DNA from: a bacterium | Lineage (GTDB): Bacteria > Hydrothermota > Tepidihabitantia > Tepidihabitantales > Tepidihabitantaceae | Reading direction: 5' to 3' | Length of the DNA: 64,000 bases | Assembly (NCBI GenBank): GCA_046485285.1 | Contig: JAWOHE010000021.1 | Location: forward strand, 994 to 64,993 | In this document: positions 47,756 through 55,731 of the stretch, piece by piece | Numbering within the stretch: the first letter of the stretch is position 1 | How the letters are laid out: each line of letters opens with the position of its first letter | Notes under the pieces: model-generated | Seen by the model: only the letters and a program-made list of their open reading frames with translations | Databases searched by the model: none | What the model was told of the DNA's origin: nothing | Made by a program: the position numbers and the translations under genes

Positions 47756-49279
47756 TCAGGACTCGAGCCGGCCGACCTCGGCCTCGACCTCGGCCAACAG
47801 CTCGCTCGAGCGGATGACCTCGGCCAGCCGGTTGATGTCGTACTGCACCGGCCGGTCCTCGACCATCGGCTCGACGTGCCGGCGGATGACCTCGTAGGCG
47901 ACCCGCGTCCCCCGGCCCGGCACCAGCGGCTTGCGGAACTCGACCGCCTGCGCCCCGGCCATCAGCTCGATCGCGACGACGTACCACGCGTTGTCGAGAA
48001 TCTGCCGCGCCTTCAGCGCGGCGGTGAACGCCATCGAGACGAAGTCCTCCTGGTCGGCCGCGGCCGGGATCGAGCCGATCGACGCCGGCGCGGACAGGAT
48101 CCGGTCCTCGCAGATCAGCATCCCCTGGGTGTACTGGGTCAGCATCAGCCCGGAGAACATCCCCGCGCCCTTGGTCAGGAACGCCGGCAGGCCGCACGAC
48201 AGGTTCCGGTTCATCAGCCGGTTCGTCCGCCGCTCGGACAGCACCGCGACCATCGTTACGTTCGCGCCGAGCATGTCGAGCCCGATGCCCAGCGGCGTGC
48301 CCTGGAAATTCGCGCCGGTCAGGTAGGCCTCGTCGTCCGGGAAGAACACCGGGTTGTCGCCGACCCCGTTGAGCTCGGTCTCGAACATCCCGCGCGACCA
48401 CTTCCAGGCATCCTTCACCGCGCCGACGACCTGCGGCGTCGAGCGCAGGCTGTAGGCGTCCTGGACCTTCTTGCCCGGCTGGGCCAGCATCTCCGAGCCC
48501 TCGACCAGCCGGCGGACGTTCGCCGCGCAGGTAATCGCGCCGGCAAACCCGCGCGCCTTGTGAATCCGCTCGTCGTAGGCCGCCATGTTCGCGTTCACGA
48601 CCTCGAGCGTCAGCGCGACCGCGACCTCGCTCGTCCGGAAGTAGCGGTCCGCCTCCTCGTGCAGCAGCGCGCCCCAGCCCGCGGTCACGTTCGAACCGTT
48701 AATCACCGCCAGCCCGTCCCGGGTCTCGAACTCGATGCACTCGACCCCGGCCTTCTCCATCGCCTCCCGGCCCGGCATCCGCCGGCCGTCGAAGAACGCC
48801 TCGCCCTCGCCGAGCAGGACCAGCGCGAGCTGGCTCATCGGCGACAGGTCGCCGCAGGCCCCGACCGAGCCCTTGTCGAACACTACCGGCGTCACGCCCC
48901 GGTTCAGCATCGCGACCAGCGTCTCGACCACCTGCAGCCTGATGCCGGAATGGCCCTTCGACAACACGTTCACCCGCGAGCACATCGCCGCCCGGACGAC
49001 CTCGACCGGCAGCGGCTTGCCGCACCCGGCCGAGTGGCTGTAGACGATGTAGCGCTGGAACTGCTTGAGCTGGTCCGGCGACAGCAGGACCTCTGACAGC
49101 TCGCCGATGCCGGTCGTGATGCCGTACATCACCGCCCGCTCCCTGACCTTGCCCTCGACGAACGCGCGGCACTTCAGGATCCGCTCGCGCGCCTCCGGCG
49201 CGAGCTCGACCTCCTCGCCGCGGGCGACCCGGACTACGTCCTCAATGCTGAGGCTGCTGCCGTTCAGGACTACCGCCAT
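47756..49279 (-). CDS. hutH: Histidine ammonia-lyase family (MIO-dependent aromatic amino acid lyase), Ala-Cys-Gly variant
   Basis: 507 aa with YGITTGIGELS and YSHSAGCGKPL (the S-H selectivity pair as in HAL). GSVGACGDLSPMSQLALVLLGEG is the MIO-forming loop, but with Cys (TGC, 48854-48856) where Ser is canonical. Also NPVFF, SIPAAADQEDFVSMA. Confidence 0.85.
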   Translation of the reverse strand: MAVVLNGSSLSIEDVVRVARGEEVELAPEARERILKCRAFVEGKVRERAVMYGITTGIGELSEVLLSPDQLKQFQRYIVYSHSAGCGKPLPVEVVRAAMCSRVNVLSKGHSGIRLQVVETLVAMLNRGVTPVVFDKGSVGACGDLSPMSQLALVLLGEGEAFFDGRRMPGREAMEKAGVECIEFETRDGLAVINGSNVTAGWGALLHEEADRYFRTSEVAVALTLEVVNANMAAYDERIHKARGFAGAITCAANVRRLVEGSEMLAQPGKKVQDAYSLRSTPQVVGAVKDAWKWSRGMFETELNGVGDNPVFFPDDEAYLTGANFQGTPLGIGLDMLGANVTMVAVLSERRTNRLMNRNLSCGLPAFLTKGAGMFSGLMLTQYTQGMLICEDRILSAPASIGSIPAAADQEDFVSMAFTAALKARQILDNAWYVVAIELMAGAQAVEFRKPLVPGRGTRVAYEVIRRHVEPMVEDRPVQYDINRLAEVIRSSELLAEVEAEVGRLES

Positions 49280-49862
49280 TATCCTTTCCTCCTGCTCGCA
49301 CGCGCGGTCCCCGGCCCCGGCGCGGACCGGGCCGGGCCGGCCTCGGCCGTCCCGGCGCCTCGCGGGTGTGACTGCCCGGCCAGAACACGCGCTTGCAGTT
49401 CGGGCACCGGCTGAAATCGTGGTGTATCTGGTAAATGAAGAACGGTATCGACGGCCGCGCCTGGTCCCGGCTTATCCGCTCCAGCGCGGCATTACAGTCC
49501 CGGCACCGGCTCTCCGGCCCGCGCTCCGGCGTCTCGGCAACCGGCGCCTCGCCGGCCGGCGCCGCCTCGGGTTCCCCGGCCGCGAGCCCGAGCCGCTCCC
49601 GCACCTGGACGACCTGCTCGGCCGGGTCGTTGCTCTCGACGAACAACACCCCGGGCAGCTCCTTCAGCCGGTTCGCCCGGGTCAGGAACAGCCGGTCGTG
49701 CCCGAGCGCCTGCCGGTACGCGCGCATCCCGCCGATGCCCCGGTGGTACTGGACGTCAACGCCCTGCGCCCGGAGCTCCCGGCTCAGCTTGCCCAGCATC
49801 GCGTCGCACGTCAGCCGCGCCGGCCCGGCCGCTGCGGGCTGGTTGTCGATGGTATCCTGCAT
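49242..49862 (-). CDS. Mut7-C RNase domain (DUF82) protein with C-terminal zinc ribbon
   Basis: LTCDAMLGKLSRELRAQGVDV...LFLTRANRL (PIN-like Mut7-C N-domain). CRDCNAAL...FSRCPNCKRVFWPGSH (zinc ribbon). A low-complexity Pro/Arg/Gly tail overlaps the hutH start by 38 nt. Confidence 0.7.
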   Translation of the reverse strand: MQDTIDNQPAAAGPARLTCDAMLGKLSRELRAQGVDVQYHRGIGGMRAYRQALGHDRLFLTRANRLKELPGVLFVESNDPAEQVVQVRERLGLAAGEPEAAPAGEAPVAETPERGPESRCRDCNAALERISRDQARPSIPFFIYQIHHDFSRCPNCKRVFWPGSHTREAPGRPRPARPGPRRGRGPRVRAGGKDNGGSPERQQPQH

Positions 49863-49999
49863 CGGCTAAATCTACCCCGAATCCCCCGCGAATCAAGACA
49901 CGCGCCCGCCCCGCGGCGGCAGGAATCCTCGCCGCGGTCCGAGTCTGGACAGCCCGGGCGTGGCCTGTATCATCCGACCCTATCAAACCTGGAGACACA

Positions 50000-51325
50000 A
50001 TGCTCGGCAAATCGACCCTCGCGCTCGCCGTGCTCGCCGCCGTCGCGCCCGCCCAGTTTCTCGAGACGACGATAACCCTGCCGGACTCGTCCTATCCGTA
50101 CGGCCTCTACTACAACCTGCCGAACAACAAGGTCTACTGCGCGAACGCCAATGGCAATACCATCACCATCATCGATGGCGCAGACAACGAAGTCCTCGCC
50201 ACCCTGCCCGCGCGCCTGTACCCGGTCGATTTCTGCTACAGCCCGGTCAGCAACCTCGTCTACTGCCAGAACTACGGCAGTGCCGAGCTGACCGCAATCG
50301 ACGGCGCGGGCGATACGATCGTCGCCATCGTGCCCGGGGTCGGCAGCTCCTGGGAGGCGAGCTACAACTCGGTGGACAACACCATCTACACCGCCTCCAT
50401 CCACTGGACGAACGGCGTGGTCGTGACCAGCTGCGCCGCGAACTCGGCCGTCGACACCATTCCGATCGACTACCCGCCGTTCCGCTTCTGCCACAACCCG
50501 ACCGAGAACAAGATCTACTGCTCGCTCCCCGACACCCTGGCCGCGGTGATAGACTGCGCGACGAACACGATCGTCGCCTGCGTGCGGGTCGCGGCCTCGC
50601 CGCAGGGCCTGCTGTTCATCCCCCGGTCGAACAAGGTCTACTGCGCATCCACCGGCGGCGGCATCTCGGTCATCGACGGCGCGAGCAACCGGGTCACGGC
50701 CACGATCCCGGTCGACGGCATCATGTACGCCGCCGTCTACAACGAACGTCAAGACCGGGTTTACGCACCCGTGGTGGACCGGGACAGCATCCTCGTGGTG
50801 GACTGCGCGGCCGACACGGTGGTCGCGCTGGTGCCCTCCGGCCACAACCCGCTGGCCGTCTGCTACGCGCCGGCCGGCAACAAGGTCTACTGCACGAACC
50901 ACCTCGACAGCACCGTCACGGTTATGGACTGCGCGTCGAACGGCATCGTGACGACGATCGGGGTTGGCGACTACCCGCGGGCAATCTGCCACAACCCCCG
51001 GCATAACCGGGTCTACGTCGCGAACACGGAGAGCTCGACCATCTCGGTCATCCGCGACACGTCGGCCGGGGTGACGGAGCCGACGCGTACCCCGGGCAGG
51101 ACCCCGGGGGGCCGGCCGACCATCGTCCGCGGCGTGCTGGACCTCGGCCCGCAGTCGCCGCCGGGCGGCCGGTGCGCTGAACTCCTCGACGCGGCCGGCC
51201 GCAGGGTAATGAGCCTCGTGCCGGGCGCAAACGACCTGAGCCGGGTCGCTCCCGGCGTCTACTTCGTTCGCTCGACAAACGGGAACCGGCGGCCGACGGT
51301 GTCAAAGCTCGTCGTCGCGCGCTGA
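50000..51325 (+). CDS. YVTN/YncE-type beta-propeller repeat protein with T9SS C-terminal domain
   Basis: ATG follows GGAGA. Signal MLGKSTLALAVLAAVAPAQ. About 8 repeats of the form NKVYCAN...TITIIDGADNEVLATL. Tail ELLDAAGRRVMSLVPGANDLSRVAPGVYFVRSTNG...VSKLVVAR. Confidence 0.82.
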   Translation: MLGKSTLALAVLAAVAPAQFLETTITLPDSSYPYGLYYNLPNNKVYCANANGNTITIIDGADNEVLATLPARLYPVDFCYSPVSNLVYCQNYGSAELTAIDGAGDTIVAIVPGVGSSWEASYNSVDNTIYTASIHWTNGVVVTSCAANSAVDTIPIDYPPFRFCHNPTENKIYCSLPDTLAAVIDCATNTIVACVRVAASPQGLLFIPRSNKVYCASTGGGISVIDGASNRVTATIPVDGIMYAAVYNERQDRVYAPVVDRDSILVVDCAADTVVALVPSGHNPLAVCYAPAGNKVYCTNHLDSTVTVMDCASNGIVTTIGVGDYPRAICHNPRHNRVYVANTESSTISVIRDTSAGVTEPTRTPGRTPGGRPTIVRGVLDLGPQSPPGGRCAELLDAAGRRVMSLVPGANDLSRVAPGVYFVRSTNGNRRPTVSKLVVAR

Positions 51326-51341
51326 CCCCCGCGCCCGGCGC

Positions 51342-51370
51342 TTGACAGCCCGGCCGGCCCGTGCTAACGT
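51342..51370 (+). promoter_or_regulatory. Sigma70-type promoter for the J-domain gene
   Basis: TTGACA (51342-51347), 17-nt spacer, TAACGT (51365-51370). About 80-nt leader to ATG 51451. Confidence 0.45.
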
Positions 51371-51450
51371 GTCGCCATGAGGCGAAGGGTAGTGGTGCGG
51401 CCGGTCGCGAACCCGCGCGGGACCACTCTCCGCGCGCGGCCCGGGGGTAG

Positions 51451-52245
51451 ATGAAGATACCGGTCGACACGACGTTCGAGAACAAGGACCCCTACCGGAT
51501 CCTCGGCGTGCCGGTTGAGGCCGACCCGGCCGCCATCCGCAAGGCCTACCTCGACCTCGTCCGGAAGAACCACCCCGACCTCTTCGCCACCGACCCGACC
51601 CGGTACCTCGCCTCGACCGCGCTGATGCAGGACATCGGCGGCGCCTACGAACTGCTCAGCGACCCGGCCCGGCGCGAGCTCTGGGACCGCCAGCACCCCG
51701 CCGAACGCAAGCCTGCCCCGCGCCCGGCCGCGAAGCGGAAGGTGCATCCCGAGTCCCCGCACGTGAACCTCGTCATCCGGAAATACAACGAGTTCGTCAG
51801 GTCCCTGCGCACCCCGGCCGAACAGCGGGCTGCCGTCCGGAAAGTCAGGGCCTTCCAGGCGAGCCGGGCCGGTTACGCCTTCATCAGGAAGCTCATCGAC
51901 CGCCACTACCTTGAAGTCATCGACCGGCTCAGCCTCTGCGCACGCATCACGGAATTCGACGACGGGCTCGTCGAGATAACCTTCCTCTATCCCGGCGCGC
52001 TCGAAGTCGCGCCCGGGAATGTCTACGTCACCTACGCCTACCTCGTCCACCGGCAGAACAAGGGCAGGCTCCCGCCCGAGCCGGTCGCGCGCCGGCGGGC
52101 GCAGGTTCCTCCGCGCCCCGCTGACTATCGGCTCCGCGTGCCACAGCCGCCCCGCGAGCCCGCGCCGCCTCGCCGGGCACCGAAAAGCGTCTCGGCCCGC
52201 GTCTGGGACTGGCTGATGGCCAAGCCCGGCTCCCCCCGCCGCTGA
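51451..52245 (+). CDS. J-domain (DnaJ-like) protein
   Basis: DPYRILGVPVEADPAAIRKAYLDLVRKNHPDLF is a J domain with the HPD tripeptide. The remainder is unrecognised, with a Pro/Arg-rich tail. Confidence 0.8.
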   Translation: MKIPVDTTFENKDPYRILGVPVEADPAAIRKAYLDLVRKNHPDLFATDPTRYLASTALMQDIGGAYELLSDPARRELWDRQHPAERKPAPRPAAKRKVHPESPHVNLVIRKYNEFVRSLRTPAEQRAAVRKVRAFQASRAGYAFIRKLIDRHYLEVIDRLSLCARITEFDDGLVEITFLYPGALEVAPGNVYVTYAYLVHRQNKGRLPPEPVARRRAQVPPRPADYRLRVPQPPREPAPPRRAPKSVSARVWDWLMAKPGSPRR

Positions 52246-52252
52246 GACCACC

Positions 52253-52532
52253 GGGCCGAAGTTCATCGTTCCTGGTTCATAGTTCAGGGTTCAGAATGCA
52301 TCCTTCGTCGCTCGGGGTTCCGTTCTCTGCAGGAGCGACATCCCTGTCGCGATCCGGTTCGGCAGCCAGTCCGTCATTTCGACCAGCGTGGAGAAATCCC
52401 TCTCCGGCCCGTCAGGGCCGTGGTTCAAGGTTCCTGGTTCATAGTTCAGCGTTCAGCGCACCCCCTCGTACCGGCCTCTCTGGGCCGCTCGACCTCATCC
52501 TCTCCCCACCCACCCACCCATCTGCCCCGCGC
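52253..52532 (+). repeat. Left copy (DR-L) of a composite non-coding repeat, plus an extra heptad array and a REP-like hairpin
   Basis: 52371-52532 aligns at roughly 85% by eye with 57188-57345. Shared parts are CCGTCATTTCGACC..GTGGAGAAATCCCT, GGGCCG..GGTTCCTGGTTCA.AGTTCA..GTTCAGCG and CTCGTACCGGCC...CGCTCGACCTCATCCTCTCCCCAC...CCCCGCGCC. A second heptad array (GGGCCGAAGTTCATCGTTCCTGGTTCATAGTTCAGGGTTCAG) lies at 52253-52294. A GCGAC-ATCCCT-GTCGC hairpin lies at 52335-52350. Confidence 0.8.
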
Positions 52533-52577
52533 CGATTCCAGGGAATCGGGCCGGTCCGAGTGGGGCTGGAAAGACCG

Positions 52578-52838
52578 CTACCGATACCTGCGGCGCTCGG
52601 GTATCACCCCGCGCAAGCCGCCCTCGGGGTCAGTGAGGTCGCCCCGGTATCTCGGTATCACGTGGACGTGGGCGTGCGGGACCGCCAGCCCGGTCAGACC
52701 GGAGGCGGGACATAAAAATGCGGTTGCCGTCACCGGTGGACCCTGGTGAAACCACCGGCGCGAACAGGCCGAAAACTCCCGGCCAATTCGGTCACCGTCA
52801 CCGATAACCCAAGCATTACCCAAGCACGCGTCAACCAT
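52578..52838 (-). pseudogene. HIT-family hydrolase, N-terminally truncated or decayed
   Basis: The 86-aa ORF ends GLAVPHAHVHVIPRYRGDLTDPEGGLRGVIPERRRYR, which carries the HxHxHxx histidine triad and conserved tail. Only about 54 residues precede the triad, versus about 100 in intact HIT proteins, and the usual N-terminal strand motifs are absent. Confidence 0.5.
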
Positions 52839-52850
52839 GAAATTCTAACA

Positions 52851-52879
52851 TTGACCGTTAGGTTTTCATGGTATAGAAT
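52851..52879 (+). promoter_or_regulatory. Sigma70-type promoter abutting a start codon (leaderless candidate)
   Basis: TTGACC (52851-52856), 17-nt spacer, TAGAAT (52874-52879), then 5 nt to ATG 52885. This AT-rich patch contrasts with its surroundings. Confidence 0.6.
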
Positions 52880-52884
52880 TGCCC

Positions 52885-54024
52885 ATGGTTGACCGCAAGC
52901 TGGATATCGGACTGGTACGCACCGCACTGAAACGTAGCCGGGTTGTCGCCCTGCTCGGACCGCGCCAGTGCGGGAAGACCACTCTGGCCCGCAAGTTCGT
53001 TCCGGCCGGTGCCCTCAACTACTTCGACCTCGAAGAGCCGACCAGTTTCGCCCGGCTCAACGAACCGGAAACGGCCCTGCGGCCGCTCAAGGGACTGGTG
53101 GTCATAGACGAAATCCAGCGTCGTCCGGAGCTGCTCCCGCTTCTGCGCGTACTGGCGGACCGACGGCCACTCCCGGCGCGCTTCCTCATCCTGGGCAGCG
53201 CCTCGCCCGAGTTGTTGCGCCGGTCGTCTGAAACCCTGGCCGGCCGACTGGAAACAGTCCCTCTGGCCGGATTCCGGCTGGCCGACCTCGGCAACGCGGC
53301 CCGAAACCGGCACTGGGTGCGGGGCGGCTTCCCCCCGGCATACACCGCCCGGACCGAAACCGACTCGCTGGCCTGGCGGCAGCAGTTCATCCAGGCCTTC
53401 CTTGAACGCGACATCCCCCAGTTGGGAGTCGTCATCCCGGCGGTAGCGCTCCGACGTTTCTGGAGCATGACTGCCCATTACCACGGCCAGACCTGGAACG
53501 GAGCTGAACTCGCCCGTGCGCTGGCGGTCAGTGAGCCGACCGTACGGCGCTACCTCGACCTGTTGACCGGGGTATACATGGTTCGGCAACTGCCGCCCTG
53601 GTTCGAGAACGTCGGCAAGCGACAGGTCAAAGCGCCGAAGGTCTATGTCCGCGACAGTGGCCTGCTTCACGCCCTGCTCGGCGTAGGCGCCCGGCGCGAG
53701 CTCGAATCGCACCCCAAAGTCGGTGCCTCCTGGGAGGGCTACGCGGTGGAAGAAATCCTCAAGGCACTGAACCCGGACCAGGCCTACTACTGGGCCACGC
53801 ACCAAGGGGCGGAACTCGACCTGCTGCTCTTCAAACGCGGTCGCCGCATCGGGGTAGAATGCAAGCGTACTGACGCGCCCGTGCTTACGTCCTCGATGCG
53901 CACTGCTCTGTCCGACCTGAAGCTGAGCGAACTGCTCGTCGTCTACCCCGGCGAGAGGTCCTATAGGTTGGCCGACAAAGTCAGGGTCCTGCCGCTCACC
54001 CGACTCCTGACAACTAACGCCTGA
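52885..54024 (+). CDS. AAA-type ATPase with DUF4143 domain
   Basis: Walker A LLGPRQCGKTTLA, Walker B-like VVIDEIQ, and a DUF4143-like C-terminal half (YLDLLTGVYMVRQLPPWFENVGKRQVKAPKVYVRDSGLLHALLG...GASWEGYAVEE). ATG 52885 is preferred over the track's TTG 52879 because of the promoter. Confidence 0.82.
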   Translation: MVDRKLDIGLVRTALKRSRVVALLGPRQCGKTTLARKFVPAGALNYFDLEEPTSFARLNEPETALRPLKGLVVIDEIQRRPELLPLLRVLADRRPLPARFLILGSASPELLRRSSETLAGRLETVPLAGFRLADLGNAARNRHWVRGGFPPAYTARTETDSLAWRQQFIQAFLERDIPQLGVVIPAVALRRFWSMTAHYHGQTWNGAELARALAVSEPTVRRYLDLLTGVYMVRQLPPWFENVGKRQVKAPKVYVRDSGLLHALLGVGARRELESHPKVGASWEGYAVEEILKALNPDQAYYWATHQGAELDLLLFKRGRRIGVECKRTDAPVLTSSMRTALSDLKLSELLVVYPGERSYRLADKVRVLPLTRLLTTNA

Positions 54025-54029
54025 AACTG

Positions 54030-54165
54030 ACCGGTCCTGCTCACGACCGGGACGTCGGCGAGCGTCGTCCTGCGCTTCGCCCTCGGCGGCAGGTGGCAAA
54101 CCCGCCCCCAGCCCGGTCAGGCCGGACGCGAGAAAGAGAATGCGGCTGCTGTCACGGAATCCCGG
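54030..54165 (-). pseudogene. Relic of a second HIT-family gene
   Basis: 54108-54157 (CCAGCCCGGTCAGGCCGGACGCGAGAAAGAGAATGCGGCTGCTGTCACGG) is homologous to 52685-52736 inside the HIT gene. It translates on the minus strand as ...RILFLASGLTGLGAG..., compare TATAFLCPASGLTGLAV. The histidine-triad segment is deleted. Confidence 0.5.
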
Positions 54166-54170
54166 GGCGG

Positions 54171-55463
54171 TCAGCGGAGCGCCTGACGCTCCCACTCGGA
54201 CTTCACCCTGGCGGAGCAGGCGGCAACGCTGCGATGGAATCCCCGGTCAGCCAGCTCCGCCTGCAGACCTTCGCTCGCCTGCTTCAGCGGAGCGAGGCGC
54301 CGCACTCGGCGGTAGCGGTCATACCACTTCACCCAGCCTGCCGCCAGCTTCTGCTCGGCGGCGGTCCAGTGCGGATTGCGCGGCCCGCGCAGACCCCGTT
54401 GGTGGGCCAGATTCAGGATCGCCATGTGAATCGTGTCGAGCGTATGGCTGGGGAGGCGGCGCAGTTTCAGCGGGCCGGTTCTTGCCAGGCGCGCAACCCG
54501 GCGCCCAATCGCGGCCAGGCACTGCTCGGCCGCGGCCCGCCAGTGCGGCAGTGCGCCGTTGTGAACCATCATCGCATACCGCTCAACCAGCCGCTCCTCG
54601 GTCTTCGTCAGCCAACTGTGACTGCGCGGCAACCCGGTGCGCGTCGCCTCGGTGCGAAGCGCGAACCGCACCGCCTTGTACGTCCGCGAGCCGCCCAGCT
54701 CGCGAAAACAGGCCTGCGCCGCGTCGTCGGAAAACTTGTGGCGTCCCTCGAACAACAGTCGCAGGTGACGGTTCAGCGCCCGGCGTTCGGCGGGTGTCCA
54801 CTCGTGCTTGAGCTTGGGCAGGCCCAGCTCGTGGGCGGCCGTGTACAACATCCAGTAGATGCCGTAGAACGGCCGCGGCCGCGGGTCGGTGCGGGCCAGC
54901 TCGCGCCGGCACGCCCTGGCGGCCTCGCGCATGCTCGGGTAGCGGCCGGCGAGATACGCCCGGGCATACCGGCGGATGGCCTTCATCTCCTGCAACCGGC
55001 GGCGGTGGAACCGCGCGCCCACGCCGGCGGCCCGCAACGCCTTGCTGAGACGCGCGTTCACCGTGCGTGAGGAACGGGCGGGCAACCGCGGCCCGTCGCG
55101 CTGACTCCGGCGCAGCGCTCCCAGCTCGCGCACACACCCCCGCACCGCGCCGGGCACATCCAGCGACGGATTGTCCGCGAACTTCGCGACCCAGCGCCGG
55201 ATGACGTCCAACTCGGCAGGCCGCCAGCGATAGCCGGGTGCGGACACCCCGGCCGCCAGCCTTCGCTCCCCGAGCTTGTACCTGACCGCAGACACCGAAC
55301 GGCGGGCACGACCGCCACTCGAGACCGCCAGCGCCGCGTGGCATGCCCGCGCCGCCTCGCTGCTGGAGACGTACCGGCCCTGCCCGAGCGCCCGGACGAA
55401 ACGGTCAACGACCGCAAGCTCGCGCGCCGTCCAGCCGTCCCGACGCTTCACTCCGGCCCTCAT
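54171..55463 (-). CDS. Hypothetical protein built from six tandem SANT/Myb-like three-helix repeats
   Basis: 430 aa, Arg-rich. Six ~65-70-aa repeats open with W(T/R)xxE: WTARELAVVDRFV, WRPAELDVIRRWV, (R)LQEMKAIRRYA, WTPAERRALNRHL, WLTKTEERLVERY, WTAAEQKLAAGWV. Each is followed by an AAxxCxxEL-like helix and an R(S/T)xxAVxxxL-like helix. Confidence 0.65.
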   Translation of the reverse strand: MRAGVKRRDGWTARELAVVDRFVRALGQGRYVSSSEAARACHAALAVSSGGRARRSVSAVRYKLGERRLAAGVSAPGYRWRPAELDVIRRWVAKFADNPSLDVPGAVRGCVRELGALRRSQRDGPRLPARSSRTVNARLSKALRAAGVGARFHRRRLQEMKAIRRYARAYLAGRYPSMREAARACRRELARTDPRPRPFYGIYWMLYTAAHELGLPKLKHEWTPAERRALNRHLRLLFEGRHKFSDDAAQACFRELGGSRTYKAVRFALRTEATRTGLPRSHSWLTKTEERLVERYAMMVHNGALPHWRAAAEQCLAAIGRRVARLARTGPLKLRRLPSHTLDTIHMAILNLAHQRGLRGPRNPHWTAAEQKLAAGWVKWYDRYRRVRRLAPLKQASEGLQAELADRGFHRSVAACSARVKSEWERQALR

Positions 55464-55564
55464 CTCCGCAGGGCCTCGCGGCCACGCCCGGTATCAATAT
55501 TCACCACGTCCAACTCTTACCCGATTCCCTCCCGGTGTCAACCCGGCCCGCTACGAACTCAACC

Positions 55565-55708
55565 CCTGCCGCGGCCGGAAGGCCCCGGAGAATGCGGTTG
55601 CCGTCACCGCTATCAAGAAACAGGTGGTTGTCCCTGATTCCGTTCTGATTCCTCCTTCTCCAGCGCGAGGATGTCGGCGCGGATTTCTTCGAGCGTGCGG
55701 AGCGGCGG
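55565..55708 (-). pseudogene. Relics: second hsdM C-terminal tail (55613-55708) and third HIT-like fragment (55565-55610)
   Basis: The minus strand translates PPLRTLEEIRADILALEKEESERNQGQPPVS*, and 55654-55699 is a 46-bp copy (1 mismatch) of 56825-56870. Immediately downstream, GCGGTGACGGCAACCGCATTCTCCGGGGCCTTCCGGCC matches the HIT-gene segment CCGGTGACGGCAACCGCATTTTTATGTCCCGCCTCCGGTC. Confidence 0.55.
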
Positions 55709-55731
55709 AGTTACTACGCTTACTAATACGC

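Noticed and set aside
52730-52927. ORF 52730..52927 (-) as the missing N-terminus of the HIT protein
   Set aside because: Its translation shows no HIT N-terminal motifs, it overlaps the ATPase promoter and start, and no simple frameshift joins it to the HIT C-terminal half.
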